Shown in pieces: positions 20,880-30,763 of a DNA stretch of 64,000 bases; position 1 is the stretch's first letter, and every line of letters begins with the position of its first letter. Origin of the DNA: Bdellovibrionales bacterium (GTDB taxonomy: Bacteria; Bdellovibrionota; Bdellovibrionia; Bdellovibrionales; UBA1609); NCBI GenBank assembly GCA_965200875.1, contig OZ241456.1, positions 1,632,001 to 1,696,000 of the forward strand. Reading direction: 5' to 3'. The position numbers were made by a program, and so were the translations under genes. The notes under the pieces are model-generated. The model was not told the origin of the DNA. It was given only the letters and a program-made list of their open reading frames with translations, and did not search any database.

Positions 20880-21868
20880 ACCAGAAACACTGTAAATATA
20901 AACAACCAGCCAGTTCAGTTGGCCACTGCGCGCTTCGCTAGGAAAAGTCCTTTTTTAATTCAGGAGGATACACAAACCGAAGCCGGCACAAACTGTATTA
21001 ATTGTGTAACGACTATTGCTTTTAATGATGACATTACTATAGTGAACAATCTACGACAATTAATCATGCCATCTCTGGAGAAAGAACCAGATTTTTCCAG
21101 GCTGAAAGTAGCTTTGGACCTTTTCAGATAAATACTCTGGGGAACGACTATAAAGGGCTTAAACAATGTAATGAAAGAGGAACAAATCAAGCTCCTAGGG
21201 TGGATCCAGAAGATCCTGAAAATATAAAAGAGGTTTGTCAACAGAACCATTACAGAACAATGAAAGGGCTTACCTGCAACCCGGAGTACAAACAAGATAT
21301 TGATAGTTCAAAAACCTGCCTTAATAATCCTTATTGTGGTTTTGAGGAGGCTTTACGCACGCTTAATTGCAAATGGCTTAACATACATAAAGACAAATGT
21401 GAAAAACCGACAAATGAAATAAAACCAGTTTGCAATGACCACGGCCACTATAACAATCACTCTCCAAAGATGCCAGATAAACCTTGGTCAGAAATGAGTA
21501 CGACAGAAAAAAACTTATGGAGATACACTATAATGGGTTATCAAACAGAAAGGTATATATCAGACGCAACACAAGCAATAATAAACATGTCTCCAGAGGA
21601 AATAAATGAAGCCCTAGGAATGAAAGCTGAATCTCTGGAAACTACAGACGAATCTCTGGAAACTACAAAACCAATATCTTCTTGGGATAAAACAAAAATA
21701 TATATTCTTAGGTTTTTTTGTATGAAAGGGAAAATACAAGGTGCTTGCATGAATATATCTTATGTGGAAAATATTACAGGTGATAAGCATGACAAAAATC
21801 CTTCTTATATTGACAAATGGAACGAATATAAGAAAAACAATGAAGTTAAATGTAACCAAACGGATTAA
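20364..21868 (+). pseudogene. Probable frameshifted secreted Cys-rich protein (ORFs 20364..21131 and 21200..21868)
   Basis: The second frame is open from 21032, overlapping the first; a -1 shift at T5 (21092-21096) gives EKEPDFFQAESSFGPFQIN. Confidence 0.5.
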
Positions 21869-22017
21869 AAAATGGGGTTTAGATTCTCTCCAATAATTGC
21901 TGATTTGTAAAAATTTAGTCCTGTTTTTTAAGGTCGAGCCAGGTTCACTTTGTAAACCTGGACTTTTTATATTATGATCAGCTGTATTGATGGCTTTATT
22001 TTATCAGGTTTATAATT

Positions 22018-23526
22018 ATGCGTGTTTTCCGGGTATTGTTTTTTCTTTTCTTTTTAGCAGTTATAAATGATGTCAACGCCACTACCTGTAAATCAAAAGA
22101 ACCAACAGACGATGAAAAAACCACCTTTTGTTTTTTTTCCTTAAACAACCCAAAGGAAAAAAAGACATTCGCGAATCAATACCAAAGCAATCCCAATATA
22201 GAGGTAAAAGAGTTTTATGGAGACACCAACGCCGGCAAACCCGTTGAGGATCAATTTAAAGAAATGCTTAAAACCAGTGAATGTGATTCCTTGGTTATTT
22301 CCGGTCATCACACTGGGTATTTTTCCGGCAAGCAGACAACAGGGAATACATTGAAGTTGGATTTTATGGAGGATATATCTTGTGAACCAGGTTGTGCGGA
22401 ATGGTTTTCCAATGTGGAAAGTTTATTTTTGATGGGTTGTCAGACTGTCAAAAGCGAAAAGCATCTGAAAGCAGGCCCAAGTGCTGATCAGGAAAGCATC
22501 CGTATCAGTGAAGCTTACGAAGTAAAGGCTAATTCGGCTCATAGTTTACACAATCAGGCATTCAGCTCCACTTTGGCTGAAAACGATAAGCTAAGTCATC
22601 GTTATTTAAGAATGTTCCCAAACTCCTCTCTTTATGGTTGGGGAGCTATAGCTCCAGGTGAGAAATCTAGATCTGAAAGAAGCCTTCCAAACTTTATTAA
22701 TTTGGTAAGCAAACTGCATACGGCAGGCTCTGATGCAGATGATGAGACAGCAGACATACTGAATTTTTTGAATTTTATAAACAACGAAAGTAACCCCGCT
22801 TGCCATCAATATCTTTCCGCCAGGGCTTGGACAAAACATTGGACGAACAATGCAAGTGCTCCCACAGCTTGCTATATTAAAGATGAGCAGGAGGCCGACT
22901 TGCTGACAAAACAAAATCTGCAAAAATACCAAAAGCTTGGCTGTGATCTGAAACGCGCCCTTGAAACTGATAACCAACAAGCCATAACACAAGCAATAAA
23001 CAAAATTCTTCAAGAAGGTCCTTCTGCCATTGAAGCCAATTTTAATCGTTTAATGTCTCTTATAACCGATAAAGACAACAAAGATAAAAGTTGGTATAAC
23101 AGTGTGATAAATCAGCTGAAAGCAAATGGGGATCTTAAGGAAGTTCTCATTTCCAGCATTAAAGATTCAAAAACAGGTTTTACCCGCAAAGCTGATTATC
23201 TTTATTTTTATCAGGAAATGGGCTGGAACAAAGATACAAGTGATGAAGATATCAGTACCCCTTTTTTAGAACAATTAAGCCGGTTGTTTCAGGAGAGCAC
23301 ACAAAAAACTGGCGCAAATTCAATTATTACCAAATCCTTGCATTTGTCTCTTCTTGATAGCATTGCTGATAATAATCTGCAAAGCTTACTTTCGCAAAAA
23401 AGCCCCCAAACATTTAATAATTTTGTGAACGCTTATGAAACATATCCAGCAAACCCAGATCCGAATACATCTGCATTAGAATGGATCATTAATTACAAAT
23501 TAAAGCAGATGAGAGTACGCCAGTGA
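22018..23526 (+). CDS. Hypothetical secreted protein, possible caspase/CHAT-fold peptidase
   Basis: Signal peptide; LVISGHH and LFLMGC segments resemble a His/Cys dyad. Confidence 0.6.
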   Translation: MRVFRVLFFLFFLAVINDVNATTCKSKEPTDDEKTTFCFFSLNNPKEKKTFANQYQSNPNIEVKEFYGDTNAGKPVEDQFKEMLKTSECDSLVISGHHTGYFSGKQTTGNTLKLDFMEDISCEPGCAEWFSNVESLFLMGCQTVKSEKHLKAGPSADQESIRISEAYEVKANSAHSLHNQAFSSTLAENDKLSHRYLRMFPNSSLYGWGAIAPGEKSRSERSLPNFINLVSKLHTAGSDADDETADILNFLNFINNESNPACHQYLSARAWTKHWTNNASAPTACYIKDEQEADLLTKQNLQKYQKLGCDLKRALETDNQQAITQAINKILQEGPSAIEANFNRLMSLITDKDNKDKSWYNSVINQLKANGDLKEVLISSIKDSKTGFTRKADYLYFYQEMGWNKDTSDEDISTPFLEQLSRLFQESTQKTGANSIITKSLHLSLLDSIADNNLQSLLSQKSPQTFNNFVNAYETYPANPDPNTSALEWIINYKLKQMRVRQ

Positions 23527-23885
23527 CAAAACATTAATTCAACTGGTCCAGTAATGCCGAATGAAATAAAGTGGTTACACGAAGTAATTATATTTGGGCA
23601 TCTTAATCAGGTTTTAAGCTTGCTAAGGCAGATTTTCTCGGGCAAATAACTAATCAATGGTCGAGGTTTTTAAAGTTTTTTTTATCCCATAACAGAACAA
23701 AAGAGGTTTTATTTTCGATTTTGAATCAACTCCGCACACTTTCTTTGCTGTCAAGGCTTATTTTTTCAGAAAAATCATTTATACTTTAGTGGGATAATGC
23801 CGAAAAGAAAATCAGAGAGGATACCCAGCCAGTTATAAAGCCTCCATTTTCTTGGATAAGGAAAAAAGATTAAAATTGTAGAAAG

Positions 23886-26537
23886 GTGAAATGTAATATG
23901 CTCCAAAATAGTTTTTTAAATAAATTCCACTCTGGTCTTATCAGGGCTTTATTTTTTTTCATAACACTTTCTTTTTCAAATCCCACTCAAGCTTTCTATG
24001 CTCAGGGCGCACAGGCTAATTGTGCTTTACCTTTGTACCTAGCGGCCATGCAAGGTGGACTTTTTAACAAAGAAAAGAATTTTGGCGCGGAAAAAGCCAA
24101 ATTAAGAAATCAAGAGAAGTTACGAAGACGGCAACTAGAAAAGTCAGATGAGGCGATTAAAGAATTAAAAAGAGAGATCGGAAAACTTAGGGACGATATA
24201 GCAGAACGACTTGATGGTGATGATAGTGGTGTTGGTGATGATGTCGTGGATCAAGTCCTAGACTATATGAGAAAAGGAAGTGATTATCGTGATGAGTATG
24301 AATTTTGGTGTGGGGATGGTGATGACTATGCAATGCTGGATTATGACTTTGAGGATAAACCACAAATCAAAACCAGTATAGCCACCAGCTTTGTTGAGGC
24401 TTTAAAGCCACCTGATACACTGGTTCTTTACTTAAAAAAACTTTATACCCGCCTTTTCAGTGCCCTAAAAAACAAACCCCTTGATGTTGTGACCCCTTCC
24501 GCGGAAGCAACTGTTACACCAGACCAGAGAAATGAGATTTTAAAAAACATTCGAAACAAACAAAGCAACACTGAGATTGCTATTGATGATCAAGGTGTTG
24601 CATTTTCAGGAGCGATGGAAACACAAAGAAATCGCCGGGCCTGTCAGGCAAGTTGTCAAGGCGAAAACCAAAACTGTGTGATACAACCAGATGGTACCTA
24701 CAAATGTATGACTCAGGGAGCTATCAGAGCAACTAGAACATCACCAACACCAAGAACAACAAGCCCAAAAGCAACACTAGTAGTAGAAAAATCTAACTCT
24801 ATACCCAAGGGCTGTGAAGAGACTTGTAACAATAAACAGGGCTACAGGTGTTGTAATGATATATGTCAACGAAACGAAACATGTGATATGCTTGAAGTAG
24901 CACAACGCACCTCCTCCAGTGGTGCTCCTGATGGTGATGGTGGTCCTACTACTTCTGGGGGTGATGGTGCTCCTCCTACTGCTGTTGCTGATGATGCTGG
25001 TGGTACTCCTACTCCTGCTGATGATGCTGGGGGTGATGATGCACCACCCCCTCTCGAATTAAAAACAGACCTGACTTGTCCTAATACGCCGTGTCCAGCA
25101 GGTCAAATTTGTGTAAAAGGTGGTTCCTGCCAACCACAAAGAACAGCAAGAGTACTAGCGAATACGGGCGATAACCAACAAGACCCGGATTGTGCTTTAT
25201 GGAAACAATGGGGAAGGTGTGCCGGTTCAGAAGGGGAAATTAAAGATAAACTTTGCCGGAATCCCAGTGAGTGTGCTATCAAAAAAACAAAAAGATTTGA
25301 TAATTGGAAAGAGATTAAAGGAACCTCACTTCAAAGCAATTCAGACAGAGGTGGGAAAAGAGCTTGTAATGAAGCCTTAGGAGCATTGCAAGAATTAATT
25401 AAGGACTTAAAGAAAGAGGAAAAGAAAAGACATGATATTGTAAGTGAACTGGAAGGCATAGAAGAAACTTATGAAGAGATAGAAGAAGCTAGACTATATG
25501 GCACAGAAGCAGATAATTGTGATGATTGTTGGGAAAGACGACTTACAAGATTCAAAGAGATTGTAGACCCTGCCCCTTCCGGTTGGGAAGTCTTGGGCAA
25601 TGTGGTTGGTACTGTGGGTGCGGCCGCTATGGGTTATTATGGAATTAAAGAAGCAAATAAATTAAGAGACCAACAAGGTTTTGCGGCTCAACCTGGCCTT
25701 GCTATGGGCCTTGCTTACCCTTTTATTATGAAGGGGCTTTATGGTGGTGGACTGTTTGGCAGTTCCTCATCTTTGGCTTGCTCCCCCACTATGTACGGTG
25801 GCGGTAATCTATTTGGCAATCCCTTTATGTACCAAATGGCACAAATGCAACAAATGCGGATGATGGGCGGTATGATGGGTATGAGTGGTATGATGCCTGG
25901 TATGATGGGTATGAGTGGTATGGGTGGTATGATGCCCGGTATGATGGGTGGTGGTATGGCCGGTATGATGATTGGCGGTATGATGCCTGGTATGATGGGC
26001 ATGGGTGGTATGATGCCCGGTATGATGGGTGGTGGTATGGCCGGTATGATGATTGGTGGCATGATGCCCGGTATGATGGGCATGGGCGGTATGATGCCCG
26101 GTATGATGGGTGGTGGTATGGCTATGATGGGTGGCATGATGCCCGGTATGATGGGCATGGGCGGTATGATGCCCGGTATGATGGGTGGTGGTATGGCTAT
26201 GATGGGTGGCATGATGCCCGGTATGATGATGGCTGGTGGAATGCAGTCTTACATGCAATATCAACAAGCTTTAATGTCTTGGCGGATGTCACAGATGAAT
26301 AACTACATGCAAAGGCAACAAGCTGTAAGTGGCTTGCAACAGGAAATATGGCGTCTTCAAGCACAAATCCAGCAAACCCTCTACGGTGGAAGTGGAAATA
26401 ACTTTAACTTCAGCGGAGCTGGTGGCGGTGGTGATGATGATAGTGACGGAAGTGGCGTTGGTGCTGGTGGCAGAGAAAGAGAAGAAGACAGGAAAGATCA
26501 GCCAATAAACCGTGGCAGAATAATCCGCGGAATATAA
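23886..26537 (+). CDS. Large secreted protein with coiled coils, Cys-rich modules and a Gly/Met-rich tract
   Basis: 883-aa ORF; signal peptide (PTQA-FYA); GGMMPGMMG repeats. Confidence 0.8.
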   Translation: MKCNMLQNSFLNKFHSGLIRALFFFITLSFSNPTQAFYAQGAQANCALPLYLAAMQGGLFNKEKNFGAEKAKLRNQEKLRRRQLEKSDEAIKELKREIGKLRDDIAERLDGDDSGVGDDVVDQVLDYMRKGSDYRDEYEFWCGDGDDYAMLDYDFEDKPQIKTSIATSFVEALKPPDTLVLYLKKLYTRLFSALKNKPLDVVTPSAEATVTPDQRNEILKNIRNKQSNTEIAIDDQGVAFSGAMETQRNRRACQASCQGENQNCVIQPDGTYKCMTQGAIRATRTSPTPRTTSPKATLVVEKSNSIPKGCEETCNNKQGYRCCNDICQRNETCDMLEVAQRTSSSGAPDGDGGPTTSGGDGAPPTAVADDAGGTPTPADDAGGDDAPPPLELKTDLTCPNTPCPAGQICVKGGSCQPQRTARVLANTGDNQQDPDCALWKQWGRCAGSEGEIKDKLCRNPSECAIKKTKRFDNWKEIKGTSLQSNSDRGGKRACNEALGALQELIKDLKKEEKKRHDIVSELEGIEETYEEIEEARLYGTEADNCDDCWERRLTRFKEIVDPAPSGWEVLGNVVGTVGAAAMGYYGIKEANKLRDQQGFAAQPGLAMGLAYPFIMKGLYGGGLFGSSSSLACSPTMYGGGNLFGNPFMYQMAQMQQMRMMGGMMGMSGMMPGMMGMSGMGGMMPGMMGGGMAGMMIGGMMPGMMGMGGMMPGMMGGGMAGMMIGGMMPGMMGMGGMMPGMMGGGMAMMGGMMPGMMGMGGMMPGMMGGGMAMMGGMMPGMMMAGGMQSYMQYQQALMSWRMSQMNNYMQRQQAVSGLQQEIWRLQAQIQQTLYGGSGNNFNFSGAGGGGDDDSDGSGVGAGGREREEDRKDQPINRGRIIRGI
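25860..26240 (+). repeat. Coding tandem repeat GGTATGATGCCCGGTATGATGGG (GMMPGMMG)
   Basis: About nine MMPGMM units with a higher-order period of about 60-69 bp. Confidence 0.9.
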
Positions 26538-26600
26538 CCTGACCCATACAGTGTTATACTGCCTATATAAAGGACAATCTCCTGATTTGTGGGATAAGCC

Positions 26601-26801
26601 ATGAAAAAATATATTAACAAAATTATTCATGACGATGCTCTTTGCTTTCTGCCAAAGTTAAAAAATAACTCCATAGATATTGTATTAACAGATCCCCCCT
26701 ACTTCCTAGATAAAATGGATCATAACTGGAGTGCCAAAAAAGTGCGTGGTCCTAAAAAGCCCTATGCTGTACAACACCTGCCGGCAGGTTGGTTTTTTTA
26801 A
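26601..26801 (+). pseudogene. N-terminal fragment of an N4/N6 DNA methyltransferase
   Basis: NKIIHDDAL...NSIDIVLTDPPY, then truncated against the convergent gene. Confidence 0.75.
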
Positions 26802-27994
26802 AAACCGATTTTTACTGTTGGCTTTTTTTCCGGCTTTGTTTTTTTATCTTTGCTTTCACTGAATATAAACACAGCTCCTAAAGCCACAGCCAAACCTGTA
26901 CCCAACCAAAGCCATTCCTCTTCCCACCATTCCTTGCTTTGTGCTGGTTTTTCCAACTCTTTTTCCACCATTTTTATTTCAGCCGGCAAAAGATTTTCCG
27001 ATAATTTAACTGACTCCACCAGAGGAAAACTCCATACACAAAAGTTGGGAAATAAAACCCGCACTCGCTTTCGCAAGGCTGGATTTAATTCTTTTAAATT
27101 TGTTTGTTGGCAGGAACCTTTTATGAGTGGTCGAGTTTTCACTTTTCTTGAAATGAGGCGAGATAAGGACAAAGTTTGCCTCCAACTTTTATGAGAAGAA
27201 CTAAAAGCTGTTACCCGATACATTCCGTAAGGAAGGGCAACTTTTTCTCTGTTGGAATAAACTTTGCCGTTAATCATCAAAATTTCATGGAGAGGAAAAA
27301 GCTGGCTTAGCTTAAGGCGCGTAAAACTGGCGGTTTTTTTAAGTTTTGAGTAAAGCCTGATCAATGGTGGTGGAAATATCTGAGTTTCCAGTTTAAGACC
27401 CATTTCGAAAGTTAAAGCTTCCTTTAAAAAGAGTTCTTGTTTTTGCGCGTTTTTTTCTAATTGGGCCAGACGAAACAAAGCATAGAAAATAATTTTTCTT
27501 TCCTCTGTATTCCAATCAAAAGAGTGTATGTTGTCGGCTATGATCTGAAAAGTCTTTTGGGAACGACTTGGTTCGGGTGACAAAAATTCCATTTGCGCTT
27601 TCTTTAAAAGGGCATTGAGTTTAACGGGTCTGGGGGTTTTTCTGTTTACCTCCAGCTGATATTTGGCATAAGTTTTTATCATCTCAGCTGTGGTGTAAGC
27701 AGAAAACTCCGTGGTGCTGGTTTCCACGGCTTGAATAAGTATGGGTGGTTGGCCTTTTGAATGAATGGTGGTGGTGGCCTCCTGATTTTGTATATTGCTG
27801 AAGGTGTTGGCCATGTTATGGGGATTATTTCCAGCTAAAGTGTGGTGGCCTGCCAAAGTCCCGCCGGTTAAAGGCACACCAGACGCAGAGAAGGGAACCA
27901 CTATTGATGTTTGAAAAACCGCCGAATATAAAAAACAGCTTGCAAGCAGGAGAGCTTTCTTTCGATACAGATTTTGGTTTTCTTTTTCAAACAT
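26798..27994 (-). CDS. Hypothetical protein with N-terminal signal and C-terminal TM anchor
   Basis: 398-aa ORF; WLWLGTGLAVALGAVFIF near the C-terminus. Confidence 0.7.
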   Translation of the reverse strand: MFEKENQNLYRKKALLLASCFLYSAVFQTSIVVPFSASGVPLTGGTLAGHHTLAGNNPHNMANTFSNIQNQEATTTIHSKGQPPILIQAVETSTTEFSAYTTAEMIKTYAKYQLEVNRKTPRPVKLNALLKKAQMEFLSPEPSRSQKTFQIIADNIHSFDWNTEERKIIFYALFRLAQLEKNAQKQELFLKEALTFEMGLKLETQIFPPPLIRLYSKLKKTASFTRLKLSQLFPLHEILMINGKVYSNREKVALPYGMYRVTAFSSSHKSWRQTLSLSRLISRKVKTRPLIKGSCQQTNLKELNPALRKRVRVLFPNFCVWSFPLVESVKLSENLLPAEIKMVEKELEKPAQSKEWWEEEWLWLGTGLAVALGAVFIFSESKDKKTKPEKKPTVKIGF

Positions 27995-28050
27995 AAAAAT
28001 ACTTCTTAAAGTTTATATTGCACGATTAAAAATTTTTTCCTATTACTGCC

Positions 28051-28551
28051 TTAATTAAAAACAGATGAATTATCAAGCTCTATTACAATAGTTCTTTTTC
28101 TTTTTTTGCGTAAAGGCTGAATATAGGTTCTCTTTTTTTGCGAAGGATTTTGAATAACCGCATGAAAAGCTTGAAATCTTTGAATCAAAAAGCTGGCTTT
28201 ATCTTCCGGAACCAGTACGGCAAAATAAGATGGGTTTCGGGGTGAGCGTATAATTTTTACAGACTCTGCCACTTTTTCCGCTTTTTTACGGGCCGGATCT
28301 CCAGTATATAAATCCACCACTCCTTTGCTTTCCAGCAATCCATCCAGAGAAGAGCCATTGCCAATCTCTACCGGCACCAACACAAATCCTTCAGGGATAT
28401 ATGTGTCCAAATTGCGAGCACGGGGGTTTTCCTGAGTTTTCTTTTTACCGGGAAAGAGAGTGAAAAGCAGAGAAATTAAAATTAAAATAAGCCATATCTG
28501 CCAGCTTTTTTTATTTTCTGTAATCCATTTTTTTACTTTAAGCTGATTCAT
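28051..28551 (-). CDS. CpaB/RcpC-like Tad accessory protein
   Basis: N-terminal TM; IPEGFVLVPVEI...GVVDLY resembles the RcpC C-domain; lies in the flp operon. Confidence 0.55.
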   Translation of the reverse strand: MNQLKVKKWITENKKSWQIWLILILISLLFTLFPGKKKTQENPRARNLDTYIPEGFVLVPVEIGNGSSLDGLLESKGVVDLYTGDPARKKAEKVAESVKIIRSPRNPSYFAVLVPEDKASFLIQRFQAFHAVIQNPSQKKRTYIQPLRKKRKRTIVIELDNSSVFN

Positions 28552-28584
28552 TTTTCACTCCTTTTTAAAACCCCTTTATTTTTA

Positions 28585-28773
28585 CTAGTTCTGAAGTTTA
28601 TCTTTATAATTTTGAGGGTTCGTGTATTTTCCTCCCCTGCTTATGTGAATTTCTTTTTTCCCTTTTTCATACAGATGGGAAAGCAACGCCAAAAAAGCAC
28701 AGGAAAATAAAATAAGACAAAGTGCCTCCAACAGCAGTTGTCCTGCTTTATGATGAAGAAATGTTTTTTTCAT
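28585..28773 (-). CDS. Small Tad pseudopilin-like protein
   Basis: Prepilin motif KAG-QLLLE followed by a hydrophobic helix. Confidence 0.6.
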   Translation of the reverse strand: MKKTFLHHKAGQLLLEALCLILFSCAFLALLSHLYEKGKKEIHISRGGKYTNPQNYKDKLQN

Positions 28774-28799
28774 TTTTTACCCCTTTCTTTATGTGTTAG

Positions 28800-29534
28800 T
28801 CACAACCTGTAGCTTGCTTGAAAAGCACGAGCCGTGAGAGCGGTTTTCCACTTTCCACCACTTTTTTTTATGGTGGCTGAACAATTGTAGGCAGATAAAT
28901 AATTTTGAAAAAAAGCCCTCTTCAACCATGTTGGCAAAAACTGGTAAAGAGGCATTTTCCAAGAAAAAGATAAAATTTGCCGTAAAGAAAAATCAGACAT
29001 AGGGTGATAAGATGGAGCTATATCCCCTCTTGGTTTTGCTTCCACGGCCAAAGGAACAGGCTGAAGGTGATCTTTTTTTATATAGTTTGGATAAAGTTTC
29101 ATTATCTGTTGTTTGAAAGAGGTAAAACCCAGTTCCACAGACCCTACGGTTGAGTTTAAAATATTTTTTTGTTTTCTGTCCAAAAGCCGTCTTTTTTGTT
29201 TTATGATTTCTATTTTTGTCCGTAACGCGATGATAGTAGCAGGCTCTCTGGCTTTTAAGGCTTGCCGGTAAAGCTTTTCCAAATGCTTTTGCGTATGTCT
29301 CAGCTGATCTGCCAAAGGATTAAGGCTCAGCAGGAGCTTTAAAGCCTGTTTGATATGCTCCTGAGTTTGCAAAGTGTGTTTAATACAAATGCTTTGAGCG
29401 AGATCATGATTTCGGATACAAAATATAAGAGAGGTAAAAACCATCAGGCAGCTGATAAAAAGTGGCAAGCTGATTAAACACAAAACCATGATAAATCCTT
29501 TTTTGTTTTTCCGAAAATCCGAAAAAAATTTCAT
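28800..29534 (-). CDS. TadG/TadE-like pseudopilin
   Basis: NKKG-FIMV prepilin-like site plus TM helix. Confidence 0.55.
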   Translation of the reverse strand: MKFFSDFRKNKKGFIMVLCLISLPLFISCLMVFTSLIFCIRNHDLAQSICIKHTLQTQEHIKQALKLLLSLNPLADQLRHTQKHLEKLYRQALKAREPATIIALRTKIEIIKQKRRLLDRKQKNILNSTVGSVELGFTSFKQQIMKLYPNYIKKDHLQPVPLAVEAKPRGDIAPSYHPMSDFSLRQILSFSWKMPLYQFLPTWLKRAFFQNYLSAYNCSATIKKSGGKWKTALTARAFQASYRL

Positions 29535-29899
29535 AATAAAACTCCCTTCTTTAGCTGAAGTTTTTGTCTAAATTGGATGCGCCAAAATTTGGTGTTCCAA
29601 ATAAAAGAACCTTTCCATTCGTTTTCTTTTTTATAAAACTGGATATTTTGTAATCTTCCGGTCCATAAAAAAGTTTCTATTTTTTTCTCCATTTGATTTT
29701 CACAATGAGGCTTTGTCTGCCCCTTCGCCAGACAAACCAAAGACTGATAAAGCTGATGATCCATCCATAAATGTTGCGCATGAACATGAAAAAACAAAAA
29801 GCATAGGATAAAACAGGAAACTGCTAAAGGCAGTAACACCAAAGTTTCCCCTAAAGCCTGCCCTGATGGTCTTTTTTTGTTGTTTTTTATTTTTTTCAT
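29531..29899 (-). CDS. TadE-like pseudopilin
   Basis: SG-QALGE..LLLPL prepilin motif. Confidence 0.62.
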   Translation of the reverse strand: MKKIKNNKKRPSGQALGETLVLLPLAVSCFILCFLFFHVHAQHLWMDHQLYQSLVCLAKGQTKPHCENQMEKKIETFLWTGRLQNIQFYKKENEWKGSFIWNTKFWRIQFRQKLQLKKGVLL

Positions 29900-29930
29900 A
29901 TTCTTTTCCTAGTTCTGTTTAAACAAATCA

Positions 29931-30398
29931 TTATTTTTTTTTGCTGGCAGCTCCATTCATAAAATTACTTAAGTCGCTTTTTTTGTAATCCTGTTCTTTT
30001 ACACTCTCTGTTTTTACTTTCTTGGGTTTCCCTTGAAGAGCGTACACCGCAGAGGCAAAACGAGCTTTAATGGTTTGATTTAATACTCGTATTATTCCAA
30101 TGGTGGCAACACCCATTAAAGCCACCAAAATCAAATATTCGATCAACCCTTGCCCTCTTTGTTTGTTTACACTTCGCCGGTTTGATGCCCCTTCCACTGT
30201 CTGATGCCCCCACTTGCTAGATTTATAATTCATTGCCTGAATCACCTTTTTCCATTTTGGTACTTTCGATCTTTTATAGGGATGATAGGGTGGCTGAGAG
30301 TCTCCCAGCAACGAAAGACCACTTGAATACCTAGCTTCTTTATTTATGGTTTGCCGACTTTCCGGTGTTTTTTTTATATTTGTGATATGTGTTTTCAT
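29931..30398 (-). CDS. flp: Flp family type IVb pilin with an apparently long leader
   Basis: RG-QGLIEYLILVALMGVATIG Flp motif; AAGGAG RBS before the ATG at 30398. Confidence 0.8.
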   Translation of the reverse strand: MKTHITNIKKTPESRQTINKEARYSSGLSLLGDSQPPYHPYKRSKVPKWKKVIQAMNYKSSKWGHQTVEGASNRRSVNKQRGQGLIEYLILVALMGVATIGIIRVLNQTIKARFASAVYALQGKPKKVKTESVKEQDYKKSDLSNFMNGAASKKK

Positions 30399-30763
30399 AT
30401 CTTTCTCCTTTCTTTTTATTGAACTTATTTTTATATGTGCAAAACCAGAAGGGCTGAATAGACGCCCAAAAAGGTAGTTTTTTTAGAAAAAAAACCGGAT
30501 TTCGAATTTTTTCCGAATTATACATAGCATTATGTTTGATCCCCACCAGCGCGGGACTGAAAAAAACCTGATTTTAATTTGATTCCCGGCTTGCAAGAAA
30601 CTGAAAAAAACCTGAATGGCCAGTGAAAAAGTCTTTATATGTGACCGGACTTATTGCTCATACCTCGGCGAACGATGATTTATTTGAAAAAGTCGGGGAA
30701 TAATGTGTTGCTGAGCATACATTAGTTAAAAATATGTTGCTGGCATACAATTTTTAAAAGAGA

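Noticed and set aside
25739..26267. His/Thr-rich and Pro/Ile-rich minus-strand ORFs
   Set aside because: Antisense readings of the GMM repeat; no RBS or independent support
30280..30370. c-di-GMP-I riboswitch near flp (GGCAAACC on the minus strand)
   Set aside because: The GAAA-loop stem and GACGCAAAG elements do not follow in the required order; the region is inside an ORF with a good RBS
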